Positions 27,701 to 40,891 are shown, numbered from the stretch's first letter. The stretch: DNA of 64,000 bases from Octopus vulgaris (GCA_951406725.2 OX597826.1:21390001-21454000); one strand, 5' to 3'. Numbers and translations are program-made. Notes: generated by a model from the letters alone, not told the origin.

Positions 27701-30700
27701 AAGAGTTGGCTGTTGCCCCAAGGTTGGCTAAATTAACAGAACAGTTCAAATGGAACTCATTATTATATCTGGTGTTTTTTTACAGAAAAATATTGAGGCA
27801 GACATATGTGGTCCACTTAAACTTGTTTTGGTTAAAACAAGTTGGTCGGAATCCCTTCCCTGATAAGATACAGTTTTGCAACAAGACTTGCATTCAGCTC
27901 CGCAAAGGGCTGTTACTGTTGTTGGTCAAGGTGGTTTGATTCAACATTGCATGGTATGGAACTCATTAACTACCCACCACCTTTTTGTTTTTTGTACTTA
28001 TACGTAGATGTAGAAGGGCAACACCAATGGCTCTTTTCAGGATTTCCAAGTCTAGAGTGAGGAAAGGTGGAAGTTCAACTCAGATCAGAGACTTGACCAA
28101 AATCCTTGCACCAGACTAGACTCTGCTAAAGATCCTAAAGGGTCAGCTAGTTGGGATAACAAATCATATCACACTACCATTCTCACACACAATCATCTAA
28201 CAAGAGGCACACTTCCTCTTTTAAATATCCATACCATTCCCATCAACCAAATTCCATTTCCCATTTTAACTCGAGGCTATAAATAGAAAATGACCAAGGT
28301 GCCATTCACATGAATTAGACTGAAACCATGTTACAATAAAGTAAACTTCTCACATTGACCTCCGGATGGAAACAAAAATTACCCTAGATCAGAGTTTTAT
28401 ATTTTGAAATCTCTCCCAAAATTTGTTAGTAAATTCAGCCAGTTGATGGCCAAGTTACAATGTCTGTTAATGGACTCTGGGCCCAGGCAACAGAGTTCAA
28501 TTCTGTTGGATTTGGACACGTCTGGAATGTGTCAGGGAAGTTGGAAGGTCGGCAATGTATTTGTATCATTTGTAATCTTATCAATATAACTTGAATTTTT
28601 AATGGTAAAAACATTTGGTCTTGTGTTTGAATAAATTAATGAAAGATGGTTCCATTTGAAGATATTAAACCAAGAAAACATTTCAATTTCAGATATTCTT
28701 TATTTTGAGAAAGAAACTAAATCAAGTCTCTTTCCTTCATGTCTTCCATCATGGCATTATGCCAGTCTCATGGTGGTTTGGAGTAAAGTTTGTTCCAGGT
28801 AAATTTTTGATTTCATAAATTCTTTGTTGGTAATACTAGTAAAAACTTAATGCTTGTGAGATTTCTGTGGCATTTCAACTGTTAAGCATTGCATCTGCTA
28901 TCCAAAGTGCCCTTCCATTTATTAGATGGTGATTTAAGGGAGCTTTGGCTGTTGTTTCTACAAAGTCGAATGACTATGTAAGTGGTTTACTTATTGGATG
29001 TTGCTGTTTAACCCTTGGTCAACTTTGATTGAACAAACCTTATAAAAATCCAGTTTCAGATTAGATTATCCGACAGATTACCATTGGCACAGGTGTGACT
29101 ATGTGGTTAAGAAGGTTATTTGTCAAACACATAATTCTGGGTTCAATTCCACTGCATAGCACCTTGGGCAAGTGTCTTCTGCTGTTGCCTTGGGCTGACC
29201 AAAGCCTTGTGAGTGGATTTGGTAGACGGAAATTGAAAGATTACTCTGTGTGTGTGTCATCACCATTTAACATCTGTTGTCCATGCTGGCATGGGTTGGC
29301 TTGTTTAAGTAGGACCGGCAAGCTGGGAGGCTGCACCAGACTCCAGTCTGATTTGGCATGGTTTCTACAGCTGGATGCCCTTCCTAATGCCAACCACTCC
29401 GAGAGTGTAACAGGTGCTTTACATGCCACCAGCATGGGTACCATTTGCATGACACTGGTATCAATTTTACTTGGCTTGATGGGTTTTCTTCTCAAGCATG
29501 ACATAATGCCAAATGGACTTGGTCATTGCTTCCAAGAGGTCCAACACTCAAAAGGTGCTTTTTATGTGGCACAGGCACGGGTGCCAGTTACGTGACACCA
29601 GCATCAGCCATGACTACGATTTCACTTGGCTTGACAGGTCTTCTCAAGCACAGCGTATCACCAAAGGCCTAGGTCACTTCTCATTGCCTCCAGGAGGCCC
29701 AACATTCGAAGATCATACTTAACCACCTCGTCCCATGTCTTCCTGGGTCTACCTCTTCCACAAGTTCCCTCCTCTGTTAGAGTATGGCACTTTACACAGC
29801 TGTCCTTGTTCATACACATCACATGACCATACCAGTGCATTCGTCTCTCTTGCACACCACATCTGATGCCTCTTATGCTCAACTTTCCTCTCAAGATGCT
29901 TACTCTCTATTGAACATGCACACTAACATTGCACATCCAGCAAAGCATGCTAGCTTCATTTCTTACAAGCTTACGTATGTCCCCAGTGGTCACAGCCCAT
30001 GTTTCAGTCATGTAGCATATCTGTTGGCACACAAGCATCATACAATCTGCCTTTCACTCTGAGGGAGAGGTAGGAGCTCTCTGAACTTTGCCCAGTCTAA
30101 TCCTTTTCTTACAGCTATGTTCTCAGAGCATCCACTCCCACTACTAAACTGGTTGCCTAGATACTGGAAGCTATCTACTACCTCTAGCTTTCCCCACTGG
30201 CAGTTAATGGAGTCTATTTTCTGCACATTTTCAGCATTTATCATACCTGTGTAACTTCCATACACAAAAGCTATTTTCCCTGTTAGCCTTCCTTTGATAT
30301 TGCTGCATCTTTTATGTGTCCAATGCTTACACTGGGTGCATTTTATGGCGTTTCTACCTATGCCTTTTCAACAGATCGAGCAGGGCCATCTACCTGAAGG
30401 GATTTGTGCCTTCCTACTTACTAAAACTTTGATTTTTGCTAGGTTAACTCTAAGGCCCTTCGATTCAAGACCTTGCTTCCACACCTGAAACCTCTCTAGT
30501 TCTGGTAGTGATTCAGCTATAAGAACAAGGTCATCAGCATAGAGGAGCTCCCAGGGACAGCCTGTCTTGAATTCCTCTGTTATTGCCAGGAGAACTATGA
30601 TGAACAAGAGAGGGCTGAGCACTGATCCTTGGTGAATCCCTACTTTACCCTGAATACTTTGCTGTACTTGTTGCCAGCCTTCACCTTATTGGTAGCGTCT

Positions 30701-32611
30701 CTGTACATGGCTTATACAGTTCTCATTAATCACTCGTCTATCCCTAGTTTCCACATTGACCACCAGATAAGGGATTGGGAGACCCTGTCAAAAGCTTTCT
30801 CCAAATCAACAAAATCCAAGTACAGAAGTTTATATCTTTGACTAGGAATTTCTTCTGCAGCTGCCTTAACAAGAATATAACATCAGTGACGCTTCTCCCT
30901 GGCACAAAACCAAACTACATCTCGTCTACACTCTCTCCCTAATTGTGTGTATATATACACGTTGTGTGTGTATGTATGTGTTACTGTCTCTTTGCCTTCA
31001 CATTGTGTGACAGTTGTAAATAAATGTTGCCATCATGCAGCTGGTATTTTTCACTGACCTTCCTTGAAAAACCTCTCTAGTTATGTAGAAATATTACTTG
31101 GAAACAGGAAGGGCATGCTGGCATAGAAAATCTGCCTCAACAAAATTCTGTCTGATCTATGCAGAGCATGGAAAAAAGACGTTAAATCACATTGACTGGA
31201 AATTTGGCTGCTATTTCTGGCAACTCGGACGACTAGACTTCATAGCTGGTTGAAACAATGTAGTTTTGTCGTACTTAACTCCCTTCCCTCACTCAACAAA
31301 ATTCCAGAATGAAAAAAAAATTACCCTTATTGTCAGTGTCTGTAAATTAAAACAAAATTATTTTTCTTTTCTAGGAGGTTTTGGAACTTTCCATGCGATG
31401 TTAAATTCATTTATTCACCTTGTTATGTATGTATATTACGGATTATCAGCAGCTGGACCCAATTTCAAGAAATATCTTTGGTGGAAACGGTATATGACTT
31501 CATTACAAATTGTAAGTAGTAGTTTGGTGTGGAATTTCTAAAAGTTGGATTGGTCAGGAGGAAGAAGCATCTGGTCTGTTGGCCCTGACATGCTTGGTAG
31601 GGGTCATAAGAATTGGTAGGAAAAGAGAAAAAACTAGAGAGGGAGCACATTTTAAGGGGCCAAAATATATATTGTGGAGAGTAGACTGGGTTGGGTGGAT
31701 GCAGTATAAGTGACAAGGGTTGGGTGGAGTGATGTGTGAAAGAAGAGTGTTTGAGTGAAGATGGCGAGATTGGCCAGCTCAAAAGAAAAGGGGCCAATGT
31801 AGTTGTAGAAAAGACAGAGAATGGACATGGGTCAGAGATTAGTATCTCCGTATTCTGATGGACTGAAATGTGTTGGTACTTCAGAGCACTAAATTTAGGC
31901 ATGTGTACTCAGATATGTACTGTTACCAAATATACACAAAATTAAATATGTACATGCATATGCAACTGTGAATGTTCTTGATGGTGTCCCTACACACACA
32001 TAGCTAAGTACACATACATTGAAAGTTACAGATGTGTGTATTACAATGAAAGGGTGAAAAGTAAGAGAGAGTAAAGCCCAGCTTGTGTGTAGAGAATCTA
32101 GATCAGTGACATGGCTACAAACGTCTGTTGTTGACTAAAAGTCTGTAGAATCTTCCTTGTAACTACTTTGTATTGTGTCGTTAATGTTTTCCTAGCTTTA
32201 AATGTGAATCCTTCTCTGACAACAGTTTTTACTATTTTAGTAAAATGTGTGTAAAAGTATAAATTAATTAGGGCAATTAGAATCTAGCTTCCAGTTCTAT
32301 AATTACCACTGACTTGTGCTTCATTTTAAGTTTTTCTTTTTCTATTTTCTTTTCAGACTCAATTCATATTTGTATTTATTCATGCCTCCCAGCTCCTGTT
32401 TATTCCTTGTAACTATCCCAAAGTATTTGCTTACTGGATAGCCCTGTATGCAGTTATTTTCCTGATCCTGTTTTCTGATTATTTCCACAAGACCTACCGA
32501 TCAAAGCCAAAAGTTGCAACATGCCAAGAATCCAGGACTGGAATCTCCACACAGAAGACGTCTAATCTCAATGGTGTTGTTGGAAATAATATTGAGAAGA
32601 AATCTAAGTAG
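21663..32611 (+). CDS. ELOVL1/7: very-long-chain fatty acid elongase, ELOVL1/7-like; join(21663..21717,22876..23063,24201..24281,26951..27007,28693..28798,31375..31511,32357..32611), 292 aa
   Basis: Seven GT-AG exons splice in frame (879 nt). ELO motifs present: [68 protein letters not shown], and a C-terminal dilysine KKSK. Confidence 0.95.
22183..22573 (+). mobile_element. full-length tRNA-derived SINE in an elongase intron
   Basis: A box TGGCTGTGTGG, B box GGTTCAGTCC, CTTGGGCAAGT core-like segment, central microsatellite and AAGAGTA-repeat tail. Many partial copies occur in the window. Confidence 0.85.
22876..23063 (+). CDS. ELOVL1/7: elongase coding exon 2
   Basis: AACAG| acceptor; [13 protein letters not shown]...[26 protein letters not shown]; |GTAAGT donor. 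Confidence 0.95.
24201..24281 (+). CDS. ELOVL1/7: elongase coding exon 3
   Basis: TTTTAG|; [27 protein letters not shown]; |GTGAGT; 81 nt. Confidence 0.95.
24315..24720 (-). mobile_element. two adjacent copies of the second SINE family
   Basis: Duplicated ~200 bp unit (ACATCGACCCC...GGAATTTGAACTCAGAA...AATACCACTAA) separated and flanked by (AAT)n. Confidence 0.75.
26951..27007 (+). CDS. ELOVL1/7: elongase coding exon 4
   Basis: AACAG|; [19 protein letters not shown]; |GTAAGA; 57 nt. Confidence 0.95.
28693..28798 (+). CDS. ELOVL1/7: elongase coding exon 5 (histidine box)
   Basis: TTTCAG|; [35 protein letters not shown]; G|GTAAAT; 106 nt. Confidence 0.97.
29260..30940 (-). mobile_element. 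decayed RTE-clade LINE in an elongase intron
   Basis: Minus-strand [32 protein letters not shown] and [17 protein letters not shown]. The 3' tail is shared with the other RTE copies. Confidence 0.9.
31375..31511 (+). CDS. ELOVL1/7: elongase coding exon 6
   Basis: TTCTAG|; [46 protein letters not shown]; |GTAAGT; 137 nt. Confidence 0.97.
32357..32611 (+). CDS. ELOVL1/7: elongase coding exon 7 (terminal)
   Basis: TTTCAG|; [47 protein letters not shown]...[13 protein letters not shown], ending in a KKxx ER-retrieval signal. Confidence 0.95.
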   Translation, partial: TQFIFVFIHASQLLFIPCNYPKVFAYWIALYAVIFLILFSDYFHKTYRSKPKVATCQESRTGISTQKTSNLNGVVGNNIEKKSK

Positions 32612-34140
32612 AGAACGCATGATCAGTTTTGTATGAAAGCTTTGCAGTCAATGGCTGCACACAAGTTCTATCTATTCTTAATTGAAAATTAATTTAATGT
32701 TTTAATTTGTTTATTTGAAGAATCACGAAGTAACATTGGTCCTGATGGCTTTCAGGAACAATTCTGTACAAGTATTAAAAGCAAAAATATTGTTTTGAAA
32801 TTTCCATTTTAAAATTCTATTCTACTGCTGATAAAAGGACTGATTAACTTATAAATCATCAGTCTTAACTGGATGAAATTATTATTATTATTTTTTTTTG
32901 ATAAAAAAAAATTTAGATTTATACAATAGTAAGAATTTGTTAACTCTTTCGTCTGAGGAATTTAATCAAAACAAAATTATTATTTTTTAAATATTGAAAC
33001 AACTTTTCTATGATCCATCACATTTGGTAAAATCTAAACATGAACTGTTTTTTTATAAACTTCATATGAACATTCACTCAGCTGTTGTGAACAAATTAAG
33101 TTTCTGCTATCATCACATTATAAACTATATATATATATATATACATACACACATATATATATATATATAAATATATATGTATATATCCTCCATTATTATT
33201 TTCTAAGTATTTTTCCAAGAAATTTCAAGCTTGTTTAGTTTTTAGAAATTGATCAATGAAAAAAATAACTTGCAGAAATTTTTGTGCAATCAGAAAATAA
33301 ATAAACTTTGATAGTTTTTTTTTTCCCACCTCACTTTAGAACAATTACAATGGCAGTGAAAAGATTGGATCTAAACAACAGTTATAAGTCTTTATTTTTT
33401 AATTAAAGATGTCTCCCTTACCAAACAACTGCTGTCTCTGGTCTCCATTGGCAACATTTATTCACTGCTGATCTAATAATGATGATGTTAAAAATATCTG
33501 ACTACATCCTATTCTCTCTCTGATATTTCCCATTCTGTGACAGTCTGTTCTTTTTTCTATAAAATTATTACCAATCCTGTTTCTGATGGCAACACCTCCC
33601 ATCAAAAGTAAATAATTTGCATGCAATAGTTGAAAATTAAGGACAATTAAAAATCTTGAAATAATGTCTGTAATCAAAATATTAAATTATTTAATATTTT
33701 CAAAGATTATAATCAAAATATTAAATTACTAAAATGATATTTTCCTAGTTATTAAAAAGAATTTCAGACTTAAATCTTCAAATATTTGTGAAAAAATTAT
33801 TTTTTTTTGTCTTCCGTTCATTTTCAGTTTACCAAATTTTTTTTCTTCAAATATAATTTATTGAAGAAGACTTGTGAATATTATTTTAGATGACCAAAAT
33901 AATTTATAATTGCCCACCTTAACTTCAAATCACTTCTGAATCTTTCACAAATTTATATTTGAAATTCTTTTATTAATTGTTTGAAATGCCAAATCTGTAA
34001 TCAATCTATGATGAGTTCACTGTGACTTTTGTAAGTGGAATTTTTTGCTTTATCAGAGGAGAGCTAGATGTTCAAATTAACAAAATAAAGGAAAGTTACA
34101 CTCATTGGAAATAAAATACACATCGCTTTTTGCCTCTGTG

Positions 34141-34175
<35 letters not shown>

Positions 34176-34292
34176 ATATACATATATATATATATACTTT
34201 ATTTAAAGCAGTAGAAAATTCAACAAAACCGTTCATCGGACAGTTTTTACTCCGGTATATATACATATATATATATATATAAATAAATAAAT

Positions 34293-34378
34293 AAACTATA
34301 AATTAGGGTATCTGAGAGATACCACTCTGCTGAAATACCACCATGCTGGTATCCCTCAGATACCCTAATTTATAGTTT
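34293..34378. repeat. hairpin with ~32 bp arms in the probable 3' UTR
   Basis: AAACTATAAATTAGGGTATCTGAGAGATACCA / TGGTATCCCTCAGATACCCTAATTTATAGTTT with one mismatch, inside a block bounded by (TA)n. Confidence 0.9.
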
Positions 34379-36150
34379 TAAATAATTATTACCTTTGTAT
34401 GGTATTTATTCCTATTGCTGGCCACTAGATAAGATCGATATTTAAATATCGATATTATCCTTATTTATAAATGTATATATATATATATATATATATATAA
34501 AAACATTATCCACATACTTCTGACCCCGGTGCTGTACCAAAGTAGAACTCCATCAAAATATAATTATAATAAGGGTCCCATTATGGGCCCCGGTGCTGTA
34601 TCATCTCCAGGTCCAGCCACTGCTGAGAGACAGTGACAGTAAGTGGGGCTGAGTGAGTGAAAGATAACTCACTGCGTCTGTAATAGTTATTCCCCCTGAA
34701 GGGATGGGAAACAAAATTTAGTGCAGATGGTTGGAATGAATACCACAAGGTCTGATGCTCTAACGACTCTGCCAATTCATACACACACTGACAACGCTAT
34801 GATGGAGGCAGTTAGAATGCCAAGAGCCATGAAACTGACAGTAAGTTGAGATCTAATGCTGCATTAGAGGGTCGATAAAGTACCTGGCAAGTAAGGGTGT
34901 TGATTTTGCTAACCCCCTCTTATATTTCTGGGCTTTTGCCTATATTAAAACCCATCTATTATTATAGATAAGTACTGGCTGAGGATTTTGGTTGTTTCAA
35001 ATCTTGGACTATTTCTGGGAAGACATAAAAAACCATCATGGAATACCATTTTATTAATTTTTTTTCTTTGAGAAAATATTGTCTTTGTCCAACTTGACAT
35101 TTTAATCTCTAAAACAAGAAATTCTAAATATTTATGGGGACTCTCTAGATATATTTGGGGTCAATGTTACTATGAGTCTTACAATGAACTGGTTCGTTAC
35201 CTGCAGTGTAGTCATCTATTGGAAATAATGGTTACTTTTCCATAGAATATCATAAAAAATGGAACCTAGATTTGCTTTTACTTTTCTTTTACACAGATTT
35301 CTGTTTTGGCAGAAGCAAAATATTTAGTGCCTTTTTGCTACTATACAAAATTCTCCCTGCTTCATGTGCAGTTTGATATCAAGGAATATGGTTCAAGACT
35401 ATTGTTTTTTGGATAAACTGAAGAAATGCACAAACATGGATCCTGCGAATGCATTTAAAACCAGTAATAATTTTCTCTTGAATAATTTTCAAATGGTTGT
35501 GTGGTGGTTTCATGCATCTTGTGAAGCAGATGGAATTTCACTACAATCCATTTGCTGATCCATAAATGCAGCAATTAGTTGAATCCAGGAATTATAGCTT
35601 TGTGGGGGTTTTTTTTTTTAAAGAAATATTTTTCCTTATTCTTTTGGTATGAAGCAACCCATGTTCTCTGTTTATGTCTATTCATTTGGTCATCTGGGCC
35701 TTTATAGAAAAGTCATTAGTTCTATTTTTGTCATAGAACTGGCATTTTGCTTACTCTCTACGCAGGAGTAAACTCTAAAAGTATATTTATAATATATGGC
35801 AATATTTCATTATTCCTGCAAGTTATAAAAGAGTTTTTGTTTCGGCTATAGCTTTAATTCCTGCAATGAAGAATAGTTGCTCTTCTCTTGAGAAAGGTGT
35901 GTGCGCATGCATGTTATTTTTTTTCATTGAATAGGACTTTTTTCCAATGCTTTAATTTCTATTTTTATATCCTATTTGTATTAGAAGCTGTATATGTTAA
36001 TTGTTAATATTTGTGAATGTTAAATTTTAGTAATTGATACCCATACTACTCCCTTGAAATTGTATGTTGATCAAGAACAGTGACATCTGCTGACCTTGTT
36101 TTATTTTAAAAATATATTTTGTAGTTTTATTGCTTAAATGATATTCTCTC

Positions 36151-36156
36151 AATAAA
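36151..36156 (+). terminator. candidate distal polyadenylation signal of the elongase
   Basis: AATAAA after a U-rich, TGTA-rich stretch and before T/GT-rich sequence. It implies a ~3.5 kb 3' UTR; earlier AATAAA copies also exist. Confidence 0.4.
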
Positions 36157-37304
36157 GTTGACCAATGATGCATGAGTGCAGTCCAATCTAGTTTGCTATT
36201 TCTGTTGATAAATCATTTCAATAAACAGAGGTTTCTATTTTCTCACTTATTCTTGTTTTTGTTTATCTCTTGACCCCCCCCCCCGGACTAAATTCCTTCA
36301 CAGAATTTCCAGAAAAAAATTATTTTTTATGTTGAAGAACTTCTGAATTTGAATTTCAGAATGTAATTTGTTCTTGAAGTAAAATTAAGACTTAAGATAA
36401 AGTTTCTACTCAGAACAGACCCAGTAATTTGGAATTTTAAATTCTTAGAAGAATATATGCAATACTTTACCATTTTCTTTTGCCAGAAGATGAAAGCTTT
36501 ACCTTCTCAGAAGCCATCTACTAATTACAAGTCACAAACATCCCAAAGACAATCCTAACTGGTTGAGACAACCTGCAGAGGTCTAATCCATATCTCTTAA
36601 CAAGTAAATAGTTTCTTATAGGTTCTGTCCATGCTGCTTAAAAATGGAATGATATAGAAATAGTTTTAAGGATTGAAACCTGGCTGTAGGATCAGTTAAA
36701 TGAGAATTAAGATTAAGTCTACAACCATTGCAGAAGTTTTCATGATCCAAGGTTAGACATTGTAACATAAGGAAGATCTCTGGAGACAATAAGAAATTTC
36801 CTTCCTCCTTTATTTTTTCTTTTTGCTCCAAACATTTTTAGTGTTTCATCAGGAGTTGATGGCATTGCTTAAGGGGACCCTGATGGTTTACTGGGCCCTG
36901 AGAATGGTCTTCAAATGAAAGATCTGGCCTCAATGCTTACAATCGAGGGAACTCTGTTAAAGACCCTGAATAATCAGGTGATGAATTTATTCCTCTTCGC
37001 AATGTACACCACTGCAGGATCAAAGCCAGCCAATGTTCAATATTGAAATTTTTAGAAATAAAACTATTCCAGCTCTTTAGTCCTATCAAGGAATTGGTAT
37101 ACCATTGACAGTTTACACCAGACTTTGGAAGAAATAAATCTGAAACCATTATGCAGAAACTCAGAAAGGGGTTTGTAAAATTAAGTTTAAATGCTTAAGT
37201 CAAGCCTGATTCATTCAAACTGCAACCTGTGGCATTGTGTGTATGGTGGGCGTATGACTCATTTTCCTAAATGGAAAACTAACCTTAGATTTGAAGATGA
37301 TCAG

Positions 37305-37775
37305 AAATCATCATTTAATCTCCTCTTTCCATGCTGGCATGAGTCAGATGGTTTGGCTGAAACTGGTTTCTACAGCTGGATGCCCTTCCTAATGCTAACT
37401 ACTCTGAGAGTGTAATGGGTGCTTTTTCATACCACCAACACAGGGGCCATTTACATGACACTGGTAATGGCCACAGTTATGATTACATTTTCCTTGAGTC
37501 TTCTCAAGCAGAGTTAGAGATTGGCACTTCTTTACACAGCTGTTCTTGTCCATATGACCATACCAGTGCATTCGTCTCTCTTGCACACCACATCTGATGC
37601 CTCTTAAACCCAGTTTTTCTCTCAAGGCACTTATGCTCGGTTGCTCATGCACACTGACATTGCACATCCAGCGAAGCATACTAGTATCATTTCAGTCAAG
37701 CTTTCGCATGTCCTCTGTGGTCACAGCCCACAATTTCACTGCCATGGAACCTGGCTGTTCACACACAGGCAACAT
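37305..37775 (-). mobile_element. RTE LINE 3' fragment
   Basis: [42 protein letters not shown] plus the family 3' tail. Confidence 0.85.
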
Positions 37776-40274
37776 ACAGTCAATTTAAATATATTTTCTA
37801 CAAAACCTTTATTTTCACAAAGGTTGGTTAATTTGGTAAGAATTGGTGACAAACAAAACTTGCTGTGGCATTTAGTTGTCCTACTTTCATTGTCTGAGCT
37901 GAAATCTCACCAATGTTGACTTTGTCTTTCATCCATCTATGTTCGATAAAGTCAAATATCAGTTATATTCCAAGATCAGTCCAACTGACTATATTGATCA
38001 ACCAACTAGAAGCTGTGGTACCTACAAAAGAATCAACATAGATTTTCATCTCTGCTCGTTATAACTACTGTGTCTCTACAACAGTAGCATTTCTCTCCCT
38101 TCTCTCGAGGAGAACACACTATCACCGAAGAACAGATACTCATTCATTTTCTTTCTCTTCATGTTAATTACACAGCCGTTTTAATTATTACCATGTTTCG
38201 TTTTCAAAATAATAAACTTTGGTCTGCGTAAACCTACGGAGCTACGAACTCTGGCCTTCATTCTTAGCCTAACCACGAGGTTATTTAGTCCAAAGTCATC
38301 TTTGAACAAATTTATAAATCAAAGCTGTTACAGTCGGACTAAACCCGTATTTTTTTTTTTTTGACATAGTATATCAAGGACTACATCATTCTCTGTAGTA
38401 GACATTTTTACTTTTGAAGTTTGTATAGGTGTGGTTCGAGAGTGATTTCGCTATTATTTTTAACTGTTTAAATGGTCGCATAAAGAGGCATAAATGAGAG
38501 GCACCCATCTCATTTATTTATTATCTCTGTAAAAGATGGAATTAAAAAAAGAAAAAGCCAAGTTATTTCCCTTGAATGGTAGGAATTGTTACCCCACTTA
38601 GTCCTTCGTCTGAAATCAATACAATAATATTACGACAACAACCCTCCCTTAAAACTGCTGACTTTGAGCCTAAATCAGAAACCATTGTTATAAATAGGAG
38701 AGAAAAAACTGCCAAAAATGTGAGAAAATACAGCGAAGAACTGTAATGTTTGTGTCAGCACTTGTCAATTAAAAGCGATCAATTCTCTGTGAATAGGTGT
38801 TTCTTAATCAAACTGGACTGATCCAGTTCGTGATAAGATAACCAGTCGTTTGATGGTTTAATGGTTGTAGATGCTGCATGAAATAAAGAAGAAATTGAAT
38901 TTAAGCAAAACAGCTGGGGGGAAATCTCGATATTAAAGACGTAGTGGTGGGTAGGGACCCAACAACAGTTAACTCGATCAGCTTGACTACTTGTAGTGGT
39001 TCTTAGTATTCGCAAAGGAGGATTTACGAAGGTAGGAAAAGATATGAAGCGAGCATGCTCAGCTGATGGTGTAATGTTTGTGAACACGAACGAGGGAGGA
39101 TAAATGAGCTCAAAAAAAAAAAAAAATTGAATATAAGAAGAATCAAATGTTGTATACAGATAAGACTAAGCTGGTTTGAAGGTGTGCTGTATCATCATCA
39201 TCCTCATCCTCATTATCATTTAACGTCCTCCTTCAATGAGGGCATGGGTTGAACGATTTGACTGGTGCTGGCCAGGCAGGAGCCTGCGCCATGCTTCTGA
39301 GTGTGTTTTGGTATGGTTTTTACGGCTAGATGCTCTTCCTAACACCAAACCACTCTGTGGAGTGGGCTGAGTGCTTTTTACGTGGCACTCGCACAGGCGA
39401 GGTCAGTTTTGGCGTGGTTTTTACAGCTGGATGCCCTTCCAAGTGCCAACCACTTTACAATGTGGACTGAATGCTTTTTAAGTGGCACTTGCAATGGTGG
39501 GGTGGGGGGTCACCAAGTGACTTTGCAAGACAAAGAGTCTTTGAGAGGGGAGGGAGCATTGGAGGAGGAGGGGGATCGTGTGTCAGATGATGAAAGATGA
39601 GAGTGTGACAGAGAGGCAGAAAGAGACGTCCTGCTGTAGAGGAGGTCCATGGTTACCCAGAACAGAGAGAGGAGGGGGAGAGAAAGAGAACGAGAGCTAA
39701 CAAGAATGAGGACAGAAACCATTGCCTAGAGAGAGAGTTGGGGTTAACAAGAGGTGTCCTGCAGTAAAAGAGATACATGGTTACCTAGGCAGAGGTAAGG
39801 GCAAGGAAAGAAGGGGGAGAGAGGGAGTGATCAAGAATGAGGGCAGAAAGAGGTTTGTTGCTGAAGAGAAGATACATGATTAGTCAACCAGAGGGAGAGA
39901 GTAAGGGAAAGAGAGAGAGAGTAGGAGACAGCAAAAGCAGGAGATGGATGGTGACAAGTGCCAGGGTATACTTGCAAGGAATAGGGATCAGGGCATAGAT
40001 GGGATTGCTGGAGTAAGGAAGAGGGAGATGAATGGTGGTAGGTGCTGGCAGGGTAACATCAAGGAGTTGCAAATCAAGAGTGGGGGAATGCAGTAACAAG
40101 GGGGGAGAATCTGGGTATGTAGAGGCAGAGAGGGAGGGGATGCACCGATATGGTGAGCAGGGTAGCAAGGACTGGATTGGGCAGTGGGAGGGAATCCTAT
40201 GAAGAGGAAATGTGAGGAAGAGAAACAGTTTTGGAAAGGGGGAATATAGTTTGGTTTGTTAGGGTAGTAAACGC

Positions 40275-40822
40275 GTAAGCGTGTCTGTTCATACGTACAC
40301 ATGTGTGCTCGCACACCCACATGCGTACGCATACATCACTATGAAAACGTACACATCTTCACTCACATCTTTCGCCAAATATATATGCATATATATACAA
40401 ACCCACACACGCACACCGTATGCAGACGTATGTATGAACTTTTACGGTGCGCACGCGTGTGTGTGTGTGGGTTTGTATATATATGCATATATATTTGGCG
40501 AAAGATGTGAGTGAAGATGTGTACGTTTTCATAGTGATGTATGCGTACGCATGTGGGTGTGCAAGCGCACATGTGTACGTATGAACAGATATGCTTACTA
40601 TGAACTTTTAACCTTATCTTAATTAGCGGTCTTTCGAATTAGCACGTTTGTATAATTAGCAGTCTATAACACAGTAATTTCCCTTTGTATAATGATCTTT
40701 TTTTCATAGCGTTTTTCAGATGGCCAGATGACTGAAGACATGGTGGTGTGGATTTCCACCTCAGCATCCGAAACTCAGAGTTTTATCTTGGCTACCGAGT
40801 AATTGTCACATATTATTTTTAC

Positions 40823-40825
<3 letters not shown>
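40275..40825 (+). mobile_element. fold-back element (Penelope-like remnant): ~140 bp inverted arms followed by a hammerhead-like motif and (TA)n
   Basis: 40275-~40420 is the reverse complement of ~40443-40598. CTGAAGA...GAAA motif at 40732-40773. Ends in a long (TA)n. Confidence 0.6.
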
Positions 40826-40889
<64 letters not shown>

Positions 40890-40891
<2 letters not shown>

